Part shown: in pieces, positions 1 through 9,434 of the stretch | How positions within the stretch are numbered: position 1 is the stretch's first letter | How the letters are laid out: the number at the start of each line of letters is the position of its first letter | Assembly (NCBI GenBank): GCA_000146465.1 | Contig: CP001948.1 | DNA: 64,000 bases | Direction: 5' to 3' (one strand) | The notes under the pieces: model-generated | What the model was told of the DNA's origin: nothing | The model's database searches: none | What the model saw: only the letters and a program-made list of their open reading frames with translations | Position numbers and translations under genes: made by a program

Positions 1-3000
1 CTCAAGGATCCATCCTATCAGGAGAGACTGGTTGAGATTCTTGGATATGAGATGATGGAGGAAGTGGAGATGATTTGTGCAAACAAAGAGTACTTTGTTT
101 CTCAGGAAGAGGTAGAGGACCACGGCTTTTATGTGGAGTACAACTTTCCAGAGTCCATTCCCATAGAGGTTGACTGTTCAGAGATTGTTAGTACAGATGT
201 GATGGGGGGATACAAGAAGTACTTCGACTACAAGAAGTTCAACGGGGTCCAGTCAAAGGTGTTTAACTCGGCATACCAGAGCGATGGAAACATGCTGGTC
301 TGTGCACCAACAAGCTCTGGAAAGACAGATATTGCATTTCTATGTGTTCTCCGGGCACTTGGTAAGGGAGACAAGGTTGTTTATGTCGTTCCGATGAGGG
401 CATTAGCAACAGAAATAGCATCGAAGTACAGAAAGAAGCTTGGAGAGCAAAGGGTTGTGGAGTACACTGGAGACACAGAGATAAAGACAGAAGATGTGGC
501 AAGGTGCGATGTCATAGTGTCAACACCGGAGAAATTTGATGTTGCAACACGAAGACAATGCAATGTATTCCAGAGCCGTGTTGGGCTTGTTATACTTGAC
601 GAGGTTCACATGCTCCAGGACGAGAGGGGGCCTGTTTTAGAAGCGATTGTATGCAGAGTGCTTAGGTATGTAGAGCTCCGCCAAAGACCCATACGTGTTG
701 TGGGGCTTTCTGCCACACTCCCTAACTATGAGGATGTGGGAAGGTTCCTCAGGGCCGAGCATGTGTTCAGCTTTGACCAAGGATATAGACCTGTTCCACT
801 GAAGATGCAAGTTGTTGGAATGAAGAAGAGGAGCAAGCTCCAGCTCGAGGATGAGTTTCTAAAAAAGAAGGTGGAGAGATATCTGAGTGATGGAAAGCAA
901 GTTCTGGTGTTTGTGCATTCCAGGGGAGAAACTTCTAGGACAGCAAAGCTTTTGAGTGATGATGGAGAAAGAAGAGATGTAAAGGGAGGAGTAGTGGGAG
1001 GAATACTTTTGGAACTGGCTCGAAGGGGGGTTGGGATACACCATGCTGGACTTCCTCGGAAGATAAGACTGTATATGGAAGATGAATTCAAGGCAGGGAG
1101 GCTAAGGATATTGGTTACGACATCAACCCTGGCATGGGGAGTCAATCTTCCGGCATATGCAGTGGTGATCAAAGGAACCAGATTTTATGACTCTTCTCAG
1201 GGAGGATTTAGGGATGTAGGCATTCTGGATGTATTACAAATATTTGGAAGGGCTGGGAGGCCTCAATTTGATTCCAGGGGAGAGGGATGTCTGATAACGA
1301 CAGGGGACAAGATGGACCATTATGTGTCTCTCCTCAAGAACAGCAGGGATGTGGAGAGCAGGCTGCTTCGACATGTTGCAGATATCATGAACGCAGAGAT
1401 ATACCTGAACACGATTGAGGATGTCAACACGGCTGTGGAATGGCTAAGAAGTACTTTTATGTATGTCAGGATGTCCAAAAATCCTATGTGTTACGGATTG
1501 AGTAAAGAAGATTTGTATGATGAATACAAGGCCCTGTCGGATTATGCTATTCTTACATGTAGAAGGCTAGAGGAGTGCTCGATGATAAGAATACATAGAA
1601 AAAGGATTGGAGACTTTCAAACATGGAGATTCTGTAGCACGGAGTATGGGAGGATTGCCAGCATGTATTATCTATCTCATGAAACCATGGAGAGGTGGCT
1701 GAGGGAAATAGAAGATATATATGACGAAGACTCCATACTTAGGCTTTGCTTTGAAGATAGGGAGCTTTCGGTGCTGGGATGTAGGGAAGAAGACGAAGAA
1801 AGTATCAAGGAGCTTTGTATGGAGGTTGGAGTTAAATACGAGGTGTCGATAGGATGTAAGCTGATGGTTCTTGTGAAAGCACATATCAAAAGACTCCCAA
1901 TCCAAAGGTTTTCACTTGCATGTGACAGTGAGTATGTTGTCAAGAATCTCCGGAGGATTCTGATGGGGCTATGCCAGATCCTGATATTCCAATGCAAGCA
2001 TCTATTTGTTGCAAAATGTTGCATACTATTGAAAAGAATAGAAAGGCAAAAGGAAAAGCCTTGGGATGCCAACAACAGAGTCGAAGTAGATCTTTTCCGA
2101 GTTCTTGGAATGGTTAGAATGGAAGTTTCCCTGAAGATGAAAGGGGAATATTGGATATTTGTATGGGATGGAGACTCTGCCATCTACTCGGGTCTCTTTG
2201 CACATCGAGCAAATTTATTCATCAAAACAAAGTGTGATGTGTTGAGGATTGAGATTGTTGCACGAGATGAATGGGCAAGAACAGAGGAGAGATGCTGGGT
2301 TAGCCGAGACACAAGTACAAGATCATTGTACCATAACGGTGTCCATGAGTGTGATCAAGGATGGTCTTTGGTAGGAGAGAAGCAAAGCTGTTCCCATTTC
2401 TGTGTGATAAAGTCGCTTTCGGATCTTTCCGATATGATGGATGGATGGAGATTGGACGGAATCTCCGAGCCTGGAAGATTGATTATGACAAACAGAAGGA
2501 TTAATTTTTCGAGTATGAGGAAGGGAGACATAAGCATAAAAGGGTGGGATAAGAGAGATCTAAGGGATGCTCCTGGTGTGAGTGTGGGCTACTTAATGCC
2601 CGAGGTTCCGCCGAGATATGTTAAGTATATTTTGTGTGATTTTTCTCTTCGGATAAAATTTGTGCAAATCGACTGCATGCTGTTCAGGGAGAGGCTTCAG
2701 CTCATGAGCTCCTGTATCACATTCATGGATAACTACGAAAGCAAGAAAGTTGTCATAGTGGCACCAGACACAAGTGACATGGAAAGAACAGCACAAGACC
2801 TCGAGACTAGAATGACTCTGAAGAGTTTGTCTTGTGGAAAATGTGATGTGAAAGTAAGGCGTGGAAGACCTATGGCAGGAGACACAGGGATATTTGTAAC
2901 TGCATTTGATAGGAGGTTGGAGATACAAAAGGATTTCACGGTGATTTTCAAGGGATGTTCCAATTCCAATGGATATTTTCCTATATTTGAGGTTTTGAGG

Positions 3001-3090
3001 ATATGCGACTCGAGAGAGGCGCTTATATATGAAGGAAGGGACTATATAGAGTATTTTAATAGCTGTGTACTGAACGGGGATGAAGAATGA
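1..3090 (+). CDS. Ski2-like DExH-box helicase of the Brr2/Mer3 family with a Sec63-like domain; 5'-partial, the frame is open from nt 1
   Basis: Motifs CAPTSSGKTDIAFL (Walker A), DEVHML (DExH), SATLPNYEDVGRFL and RPVPL, plus a long C-terminal Sec63-like region. There is no stop between nt 1 and 52, so the gene continues upstream of the window. Confidence 0.75.
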   Translation, partial: LKDPSYQERLVEILGYEMMEEVEMICANKEYFVSQEEVEDHGFYVEYNFPESIPIEVDCSEIVSTDVMGGYKKYFDYKKFNGVQSKVFNSAYQSDGNMLVCAPTSSGKTDIAFLCVLRALGKGDKVVYVVPMRALATEIASKYRKKLGEQRVVEYTGDTEIKTEDVARCDVIVSTPEKFDVATRRQCNVFQSRVGLVILDEVHMLQDERGPVLEAIVCRVLRYVELRQRPIRVVGLSATLPNYEDVGRFLRAEHVFSFDQGYRPVPLKMQVVGMKKRSKLQLEDEFLKKKVERYLSDGKQVLVFVHSRGETSRTAKLLSDDGERRDVKGGVVGGILLELARRGVGIHHAGLPRKIRLYMEDEFKAGRLRILVTTSTLAWGVNLPAYAVVIKGTRFYDSSQGGFRDVGILDVLQIFGRAGRPQFDSRGEGCLITTGDKMDHYVSLLKNSRDVESRLLRHVADIMNAEIYLNTIEDVNTAVEWLRSTFMYVRMSKNPMCYGLSKEDLYDEYKALSDYAILTCRRLEECSMIRIHRKRIGDFQTWRFCSTEYGRIASMYYLSHETMERWLREIEDIYDEDSILRLCFEDRELSVLGCREEDEESIKELCMEVGVKYEVSIGCKLMVLVKAHIKRLPIQRFSLACDSEYVVKNLRRILMGLCQILIFQCKHLFVAKCCILLKRIERQKEKPWDANNRVEVDLFRVLGMVRMEVSLKMKGEYWIFVWDGDSAIYSGLFAHRANLFIKTKCDVLRIEIVARDEWARTEERCWVSRDTSTRSLYHNGVHECDQGWSLVGEKQSCSHFCVIKSLSDLSDMMDGWRLDGISEPGRLIMTNRRINFSSMRKGDISIKGWDKRDLRDAPGVSVGYLMPEVPPRYVKYILCDFSLRIKFVQIDCMLFRERLQLMSSCITFMDNYESKKVVIVAPDTSDMERTAQDLETRMTLKSLSCGKCDVKVRRGRPMAGDTGIFVTAFDRRLEIQKDFTVIFKGCSNSNGYFPIFEVLRICDSREALIYEGRDYIEYFNSCVLNGDEE

Positions 3091-3136
3091 AAATTAAAAG
3101 CGATGTTTAATTATCGGGATGTATAGGTGTGAAGAT

Positions 3137-3553
3137 TTATAGCACAAAGGTGAGTGCCAGGGATATGTCATCTTTGTCTCCAAGACCTCTGGTAACCTCC
3201 TCTGGAGCATCTATTATAAGAAGAAGGCCGCCAAGGGAAACCCTCACAATGGTCCTGGGCCCTTTTCTTTCAAGGGAATAGACCCTTCCATAGGCTAGAT
3301 AGAAGCAATCTATGTTCTCATGGATTCCTCGAAAAATACGCACCTCGACAGCATGTCCTACCTGAAGCCTGCACAAAGTGGTGTTGTAATCAAGAGAAAT
3401 GGAAATTTTGGGGGATTCCATGTACAGCCTCGAGACTTTTGTGTAGAGCTTTCCTTCTTTGTCGATGTCAACGACTTTGAAGCTGTCGGCCAAGATCTGC
3501 ATCATGGGTGCAAAAATTTGAATGTTGAAATGCCCTGTGATGGAAGGAAACAA
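3137..3553 (-). CDS. RPB8: RNA polymerase I/II/III common subunit Rpb8 (RPABC3); the true ATG is probably MM at 3505/3502
   Basis: ILADSFKVVDIDKEGK..., CFYLAYGRVYSL and RVSLGGLLLIID match the Rpb8 blocks YVMYGTAYKF and SFGGLLMRLEG. The first codon of the track ORF is TTG. Confidence 0.55.
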   Translation of the reverse strand: MFPSITGHFNIQIFAPMMQILADSFKVVDIDKEGKLYTKVSRLYMESPKISISLDYNTTLCRLQVGHAVEVRIFRGIHENIDCFYLAYGRVYSLERKGPRTIVRVSLGGLLLIIDAPEEVTRGLGDKDDISLALTFVL

Positions 3554-3863
3554 GGGCAGAGAAGAGGAAGGAAAGGAGCTTTTTGATGAGGAGTGTTCCT
3601 CCGAGTTTCTTCCAATCGACTTCTATGATAAGAGCCGGAGGCCTAGGGACGACCAAGGGATTGAGTTTGTAGTTACCAAGAATGGTTTTCCTGAAGGAAC
3701 AAGGGGGGTGTGTTTTGAAGGAGTTGTGGATGGCCTTGAGTTTGAGAATCGGAAAATGGAGGCGGAGATTGAAGGGCTGAGCAAGAAGGAGAGAAGAATA
3801 GAAAAGGAAAATGCAGCTCTGAAGGATGTCCTATTGGGGCTTTTGTCAAAGCTTTCTTCTTGA
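3522..3863 (+). CDS. Hypothetical small protein with a C-terminal coiled-coil/leucine-zipper-like segment
   Basis: ATG-initiated 113-aa ORF in a gene-dense context; heptad-like EIEGLSKKERRIEKENAALKDVLLGLL. No family recognised. Confidence 0.3.
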   Translation: MLKCPVMEGNKGREEEGKELFDEECSSEFLPIDFYDKSRRPRDDQGIEFVVTKNGFPEGTRGVCFEGVVDGLEFENRKMEAEIEGLSKKERRIEKENAALKDVLLGLLSKLSS

Positions 3864-3915
3864 CAGATGTTTGTTTTACCTTTATAATGAGCTTTGAGCA
3901 TAAACAAACCGTAGG

Positions 3916-6141
3916 ATGGACATAGGAAGAAAGCCACTGAGCGACGAGGATTTTGGAAGTGCGTGGAAGTCTATAGAGAAGGAACTTCGGAAGCTTTCCT
4001 CGGGGGGCTTGTGCAGTGGGCTTGAGATTTATAACAACATATACACGGTGTGTACGTCGTCTACACCCAGGCTTGAAAACAAGCTGTATTGGAAGATAGG
4101 AGATTTTGTGTATATGAGAGCACGGGAAATAAGAAAGGAGGTGTTTGAGGCAAAGGACTGGATTAAGGAGTACAACGAGGGGTTTAGGAAGTTTAGGCAG
4201 ATGGTCTTTGCAATTGACGAGCTATGCGACTTCTTGAACGAGTGTGTGAAGGGCCGGACGATGCGGGATCTAGGATTTCTCTTATGGGAGAGATGTGTGC
4301 TGCAGCAGACGATGAAGTACAAGCACACAACGCTTGGGTTCGAGCTTGTGAACCAGGAGAGGATTGAAGTGATCAAGGATGCAATTGAGTCGTTTCGGCT
4401 GATTGTTCCCGACCTGAAGAAGCCGATGCTTTACTATACACAGAGGTATGAGCAGTTTGCCCTACAGAAGATTGGAAGCAAGTACCAGGAGGAAATAAGA
4501 TCCATGTGTGGGGAAGTTGAGAAGTACTCGTTCTATGTAAGAGAAAAGATTTGGTATGAGAAGAGCATCCGGGAAAAAATATTTCTTGAAGAGTCTTGGG
4601 AGAAGATGGAGGAGATACTTGAAGAGGTGTTTATCTTGAACAAAAGAGAGTATCTCTTTGCAGAAATATACAAGATAATGTCGATGCACAGACTTCCTGT
4701 GGAGATTCTTGACAAGATCTCCAAAGAGATGGAGCATGACAAGCATCGAGAGGTTGGAGGATATCGAACAAACGATTTCTATGAGTTGCAGAATGATGAC
4801 GAGCCTAAGGTCAAGCATAGCGATGTCTTTCTGGAAAGGATGTCTGTCCTTTACAGGAACCTGTCCGGGCTGAAGTCAGCATGCGAAATATTCCGAGAGG
4901 TGTTTACCCGATATGTACGGGAAGAGAGTGAAAGGCATGTGGATGTGTACAGCAAGGGTATTGAGACGCTGTATATCTTTCACTGCATGCTTAGGCATGT
5001 TGTGGATGTCGGGTTTTTGGGGGACCATGAATATTTCAAGATACTGAAGAGAGAGTTTTCCACAAGCTGTATGAAACTGAGGCCATCTCTGGAAGCAAGA
5101 CTGCTTGAGTTTTCGGATTGGATTGTTGGGGAGAACAGCAATGTATTCAGGTTTCTTGACAGAGAATTTGAAAAAAACACTGGGGGAAGCCACCTGGATC
5201 TTCCTTTTCTGGGGCCTGGGAAGGTGAAAGAGGAAGGATTGGAGCTTGGAAGGAGGTTTGAAGGGAAGAATGAATTTTTGCGGCAGGTGTTTGGAACACT
5301 GTACAAGATGATAGAGAACAAGCATGTGTTCTACGAGATGTATCTTTCAGGGCTCGGAAGGAGGCTACTGGAAAAAGGCCCGAATCTTTATGAGGAGAAG
5401 AAGTTGATTTCCCTAATGAAACGAAAGGGGAACCAGGACTTTATAAAGAAGGCTGAGACGATGGTTGCAGATATAAACATCTCCCTGAGCTACAACAAGG
5501 ATACTGACCGATTTGTGTGGGTTCTGACACAAGCATATTGGCCACAGCAGGCAGAAGCCCCGCTGATCCGGATTCCAGAGTCTCTTGAAATGATAAAGAG
5601 GGTATATGATTCGAAGTTCAACAAAAAGAAGTTGTGCTGGGCATGGAATCTAGGAAGTGTGTGTGTGGAGATCTATGGAGTCGAGATCCAAATGAATGTT
5701 CTCCAGTACTCTGTGATTGATCTGTTCAACAGACATGAGCAGGTGGATTTCGAAAAGGCATTGAGTGCCACGAAGATGGGGACAAAGGTTATCGGGGATG
5801 TTCTTAAATCCTTAGTTGATAGTGGCCTCCTTGTCTGTGCCGAGGGTTGGTACAGAATAGGAGATATATTTGGTATCGAAAAGGATATCCGTGGCTTTTA
5901 CTGCAGCGAAAGTGTTTCCATGGTGCATGAGATAGACAAGAATTCGTACTACCAATCACTTGCATCGCGAATACTAAAGAGGAGGAAGAGGATGTGCATG
6001 GATGACATAGTAAAGGAAACTCAAGCGGAGCATACCGAGAGATTTGGATACGACGAAGTAATCTTCTCCGAAGCCATAAGAATTCTTGGGGATAAAGGAA
6101 TCATAGAGGAGGTGGAGGATGCATATGTCTATCTCCCCTAG
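3916..6141 (+). CDS. Cullin family ubiquitin-ligase scaffold
   Basis: 741 aa. A cullin-homology block (HVFYEMYLSGLGRRLL...EEKKLISLMKRK resembles DKDVFEAFYKKDLAKRLL...SMLSKLK) and a C-terminal neddylation/winged-helix-like region. Confidence 0.75.
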   Translation: MDIGRKPLSDEDFGSAWKSIEKELRKLSSGGLCSGLEIYNNIYTVCTSSTPRLENKLYWKIGDFVYMRAREIRKEVFEAKDWIKEYNEGFRKFRQMVFAIDELCDFLNECVKGRTMRDLGFLLWERCVLQQTMKYKHTTLGFELVNQERIEVIKDAIESFRLIVPDLKKPMLYYTQRYEQFALQKIGSKYQEEIRSMCGEVEKYSFYVREKIWYEKSIREKIFLEESWEKMEEILEEVFILNKREYLFAEIYKIMSMHRLPVEILDKISKEMEHDKHREVGGYRTNDFYELQNDDEPKVKHSDVFLERMSVLYRNLSGLKSACEIFREVFTRYVREESERHVDVYSKGIETLYIFHCMLRHVVDVGFLGDHEYFKILKREFSTSCMKLRPSLEARLLEFSDWIVGENSNVFRFLDREFEKNTGGSHLDLPFLGPGKVKEEGLELGRRFEGKNEFLRQVFGTLYKMIENKHVFYEMYLSGLGRRLLEKGPNLYEEKKLISLMKRKGNQDFIKKAETMVADINISLSYNKDTDRFVWVLTQAYWPQQAEAPLIRIPESLEMIKRVYDSKFNKKKLCWAWNLGSVCVEIYGVEIQMNVLQYSVIDLFNRHEQVDFEKALSATKMGTKVIGDVLKSLVDSGLLVCAEGWYRIGDIFGIEKDIRGFYCSESVSMVHEIDKNSYYQSLASRILKRRKRMCMDDIVKETQAEHTERFGYDEVIFSEAIRILGDKGIIEEVEDAYVYLP

Positions 6142-6351
6142 GGGGTAGGCCTTTGATATGTATACTTACAAAGAAGATCTTTTGGCCCATGGCAGAGCTG
6201 TCGGAAGAAAAAAGAAGGATGTATTTGGAGCAAATAGAGGAGCTTGAAAAGACACTTGAGAAGGAGAAAGATAGTCTTAGAAAGACTATAGAATCTCAAG
6301 ACTCCAAACAATAAAAGATTTATTTTCTATATCAAGAGATCTTTGGCAACT

Positions 6352-6597
6352 TCAAGGAAATGCAGGCTCCTTTCCACCCAGCAAGTTCCTGGCCTCGTTG
6401 ATCTTTGACGCTATGTATGGGCTTCCTCCCCTATCTGGATGGTTGATCTTCATCATCTGTATATATCTCTCTGCCACACTTTCCCTACGACCCTCGATGG
6501 ATAGGATCTTTCTTGCCTCGTTGAGATCCATCACAGGCTTGAATCCTTTTGGATGGCTTGGGACGAACGGAAGATAGTCTACAAGTCTCCGAAGCAT
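6352..6597 (-). CDS. PAM18: Pam18/Tim14 J-domain protein (mitosomal import motor subunit, DnaJC19-like)
   Basis: ILSIEGRRESVAERYIQMMKINHPDRGGSPYIASKINEARNLL carries the HPD J-domain signature and closely follows the Tim14 pattern. Confidence 0.85.
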   Translation of the reverse strand: MLRRLVDYLPFVPSHPKGFKPVMDLNEARKILSIEGRRESVAERYIQMMKINHPDRGGSPYIASKINEARNLLGGKEPAFP

Positions 6598-6630
6598 GGG
6601 GACCCCATAAGGCCAAATTTTTGACTCCCC

Positions 6631-7218
6631 ATGGACATTCAGAAAATAGTTGATGCCATTAGATCTAACGACATAGATGCAAACAGAGCTGCTATCGAAA
6701 GCATCTATGCCAACTGCAGCCAGCTAGACGACAAGGACATTATAGAAATAACTCCGTCTGTGATCTACTACCTGTGGAAGCTTCCGAAGTTCACGGCTCA
6801 GAAGCAGTTTGTTCTGGAACTTTTGTCCCATGCCGACCAAAGGTTGCGCTACAGCCTGTTCATGTATCTCATCGATCACTGGAGTAGCATCCAGCTGGTA
6901 AGAATGGACAAATTCTACTATCTTGTCAAGAGGATTCTGGAATATTATGTACTGGATGTGGAAACAGTCTCTTCCTTGTTCAATATATCCACGAGCATGG
7001 ATCTTAGAACATTTATAATTCGATGTGTTGTGGACAGACTTAAAGAAACCACCGAGGACATGGAGCATTTCTTGGCTGGGTTTGCTTCCACGTGCCCTCC
7101 GGCATTGCTGCTTCCTCTCGAATCCCTAAGGCTCCGGAAGGAGGTTGCCCTGGAATATGCAGGGAATAAGGACATCGGAAAGAAGAACAGAGCTGCATTA
7201 TACTCCATGATCAAATAA
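6631..7218 (+). CDS. Rrp1/Nop52-like nucleolar pre-rRNA processing protein (tentative)
   Basis: YYLWKLPKF... and VRMDKFYYLVKRILEYYV resemble the Nop52 blocks LWKGLFYCMW and RLDKFYLLVRR. Confidence 0.4.
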   Translation: MDIQKIVDAIRSNDIDANRAAIESIYANCSQLDDKDIIEITPSVIYYLWKLPKFTAQKQFVLELLSHADQRLRYSLFMYLIDHWSSIQLVRMDKFYYLVKRILEYYVLDVETVSSLFNISTSMDLRTFIIRCVVDRLKETTEDMEHFLAGFASTCPPALLLPLESLRLRKEVALEYAGNKDIGKKNRAALYSMIK

Positions 7219-7241
7219 AAGATATTTCCACTAACTCAGCT

Positions 7242-7883
7242 CTAGCTCTCATGCTTCACAAAGCTGAACTTGCTTTTGCACTTCTTGCAGACAGGAACAA
7301 ACCTGCAGAACACAGAGAGACATATTGGACATACAAGCCCCAGCAGAACTTGCTTGTTATGGCAATAGCAGGTTGCAGGGAATCCCAGAGGCTTTGAATC
7401 TCCTTTTGTTCCAAGGAGAGAGAGTAGAAATCTCAAACATCCGTCTTCAGATGTTGAATAACCGCCGCCCGTTGCAGCACAACATTGGAGAATCGTCTTG
7501 TTTTCAAACAGCGAGAATGCACTTATTCTTACTCCAAACCTCTGTGCAGCAAACATGCATTTCAGATATCTCAGATACTCGTCGTTCCGCTCCTTCTCAA
7601 GTGTAAATATTACGATTTGGGATTCCCCGAGTCTGTGGAGACACAATGCATATCCGAGATCCCCCACGTCATAGCTGGACTGGTGTTGAGTTATCCTGTA
7701 TATTTCCTCGATGCTACTTTCCAAGGAGTCGAAGAGGATCTTCTTCCCACTTACGACGACAATTCGATTGTTTCGGCTTGACTTGTGATATGCATTCAAA
7801 AAGACAACAACGTCATTGAAGAGGTCTCTCCCCGTCATCTCCCAATTCTCTTTCTTCAGGTCGATTAGAAGGAAAAGAATCAT
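7242..7883 (-). CDS. TFB4: TFIIH subunit Tfb4 (p34); start trimmed to the ATG at 7883 because the track ORF (to 8003) runs through the tRNA
   Basis: N-terminal MILFLLIDL (Tfb4 begins LLVIILD...) and a C-terminal zinc motif QVLLGLVCPICLSVFCRFVPVCKKC. Confidence 0.7.
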   Translation of the reverse strand: MILFLLIDLKKENWEMTGRDLFNDVVVFLNAYHKSSRNNRIVVVSGKKILFDSLESSIEEIYRITQHQSSYDVGDLGYALCLHRLGESQIVIFTLEKERNDEYLRYLKCMFAAQRFGVRISAFSLFENKTILQCCAATGGGYSTSEDGCLRFLLSLLGTKGDSKPLGFPATCYCHNKQVLLGLVCPICLSVFCRFVPVCKKCKSKFSFVKHES

Positions 7884-7928
7884 GAGGGATTGGCAAGGAC
7901 AGATCTTGTGTTCTGTGGAGCAAAAAGA

Positions 7929-8009
7929 TGTCAGAAACGGGATTCGAACCCGTGCCTCAATGAGAATACGACCTGAACGTATCGCCTTAGACCACTCGGC
8001 CATCCTGAC
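7929..8009 (-). tRNA. tRNA-Leu(CAG): tRNA-Leu, anticodon CAG, class II with a long variable arm
   Basis: The minus-strand read GTCAGGATGGCCGAGTGGTCTAAGGCGATACGTTCAGGTCGTATTCTCATTGAGGCACGGGTTCGAATCCCGTTTCTGACA folds as a 7-bp acceptor stem, a GCC/GGC D-stem with a GAGTGGTCTAA loop, a 5-bp anticodon stem with loop TTCAGGT, a 12-nt variable hairpin, a T-arm ACGGG/TTCGAAT/CCCGT and discriminator A. Confidence 0.85.
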
Positions 8010-8013
8010 TTAT

Positions 8014-9324
8014 ATGTCCCCCAGGGGAGGGTATCGCCAATTCCTTGCCCCATGCTCCAGACAAACATATATTCGCCAAGGGGATGTCCTCTATTATCTA
8101 ATGGACGGGTGCAGTCATCCCGTAAGACTGGGCACATTGTGCGGGGTATGTGGAATCGAAATCCCTGAAGATTCACACCTCTTCTGTGCACTCTATAACA
8201 CAGACAATGTTAAGATAACGCACAAAGAGGCTGTCTCAATATATAAAGAAAAAATGAAAACTTTAGAGACACAGATGAAGCTGATTCTGGTTCTTGATCT
8301 TGACCAGACAATTCTTCATACAACATACGGGGAATCCAGGATCCATGGAACTGTGAGATTTATAATGGATGGGAGCAAGTACTGTGTGAAACTAAGACCA
8401 AACCTTGATCATATGCTTCGGAAAATTTCCAGGCTGTATGAGATTCATGTGTATACCATGGGAACAAGAGCATATGCAGAGAGAATAGTTGGGATTGTTG
8501 ATCCTTCTGGAAAATACTTTCAGGACAGAATCATTACAAGGGACGAGAATGAAGGGGTTTTGGTGAAGAGGCTGAGCAGGCTCTTTCCACATAACCACAA
8601 AAACATAGTAATCCTTGATGACAGGCCTGATGTATGGGACTACAGTGAAAATCTGCTTCTTGTTCGGCCGTTTTGGTATTTCAACCGTACGGACATCAAT
8701 GATCCATTGAGGCTGAAGAGAAAGATAGAGGAAGAGGGAAGAACATCTAGGGACTTGGAAGGGTTTGTGGACAAGAAAAAAAGAGTTGAGGAAATTGAGG
8801 ATCCGGAGATTGTCTCGAAGCTGGATGATATAGTGCTTGAATGCTCTTCTGGATCCAAGGAGCCAAGGAAAGATATCGAAAGCACGGAAGAAAAAGAAGT
8901 AAGCAGATGCTTGGAGGATTGCGAGCTGTTAAGAGTGACAAAGGTGTTGAGGAGGATTCACAAGAAGTACTTTTCAAGCAGCCACAGAAACGTAAAGAAG
9001 ATTCTGAGGAACATCCGAAAAAAGATTTTCGGTGGAGATCGGTTTCTTGTTCCACCTGCCCCAAATAGGATGTGGCTTGTAAAAACAATCGAAATGAACG
9101 GAGGGACAGTAAGTTCTCTGGAGAACGAGGTTGACTTTATAATTTCTTCTAGCAAGGAGGAGGTCAAGGCCCTGGCACAGAAGCTTGAGTGTCTTGTTGT
9201 ATCTCCAAAGTGGATAGCCGATTGTGTGTATTCCCTGAGGCGAGTAAGGCACGGAAGGTACATTGTGTGCGACTATAGGCCCAAGGATGAATACGAAGAA
9301 GAGCTTGAAAGGCTCTTTTCGTGA
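8014..9324 (+). CDS. FCP1: RNA polymerase II CTD phosphatase Fcp1 (FCP homology plus BRCT domain); start trimmed to the ATG at 8014, since the track ORF begins with TTG at 7816 inside the tRNA
   Basis: GDVLYYL...HPVRLGTLCGVCG is the Fcp1 N-terminal motif. LVLDLDQTILHT is the DxDxT phosphatase motif. The C-terminus is BRCT-like. Confidence 0.75.
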   Translation: MSPRGGYRQFLAPCSRQTYIRQGDVLYYLMDGCSHPVRLGTLCGVCGIEIPEDSHLFCALYNTDNVKITHKEAVSIYKEKMKTLETQMKLILVLDLDQTILHTTYGESRIHGTVRFIMDGSKYCVKLRPNLDHMLRKISRLYEIHVYTMGTRAYAERIVGIVDPSGKYFQDRIITRDENEGVLVKRLSRLFPHNHKNIVILDDRPDVWDYSENLLLVRPFWYFNRTDINDPLRLKRKIEEEGRTSRDLEGFVDKKKRVEEIEDPEIVSKLDDIVLECSSGSKEPRKDIESTEEKEVSRCLEDCELLRVTKVLRRIHKKYFSSSHRNVKKILRNIRKKIFGGDRFLVPPAPNRMWLVKTIEMNGGTVSSLENEVDFIISSSKEEVKALAQKLECLVVSPKWIADCVYSLRRVRHGRYIVCDYRPKDEYEEELERLFS

Positions 9325-9434
9325 TGGAGGCTGTTTGTTATTAAGTGGCGGGATAAATTTGAAGCCTTGCTAACAATCTTTATATTTGTTACCCATAAGT
9401 TTGTTTTGAGTTTATCACATTTGAAATAAAACCC

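Noticed and set aside
7884-8003. N-terminal 40 codons of track ORF 7242-8003 (and 7816-8013 of ORF 7816-9324) as coding sequence
   Set aside because: They run antisense and sense through a perfectly folding tRNA-Leu gene. The downstream ATGs give N-termini that align with Tfb4 and Fcp1.
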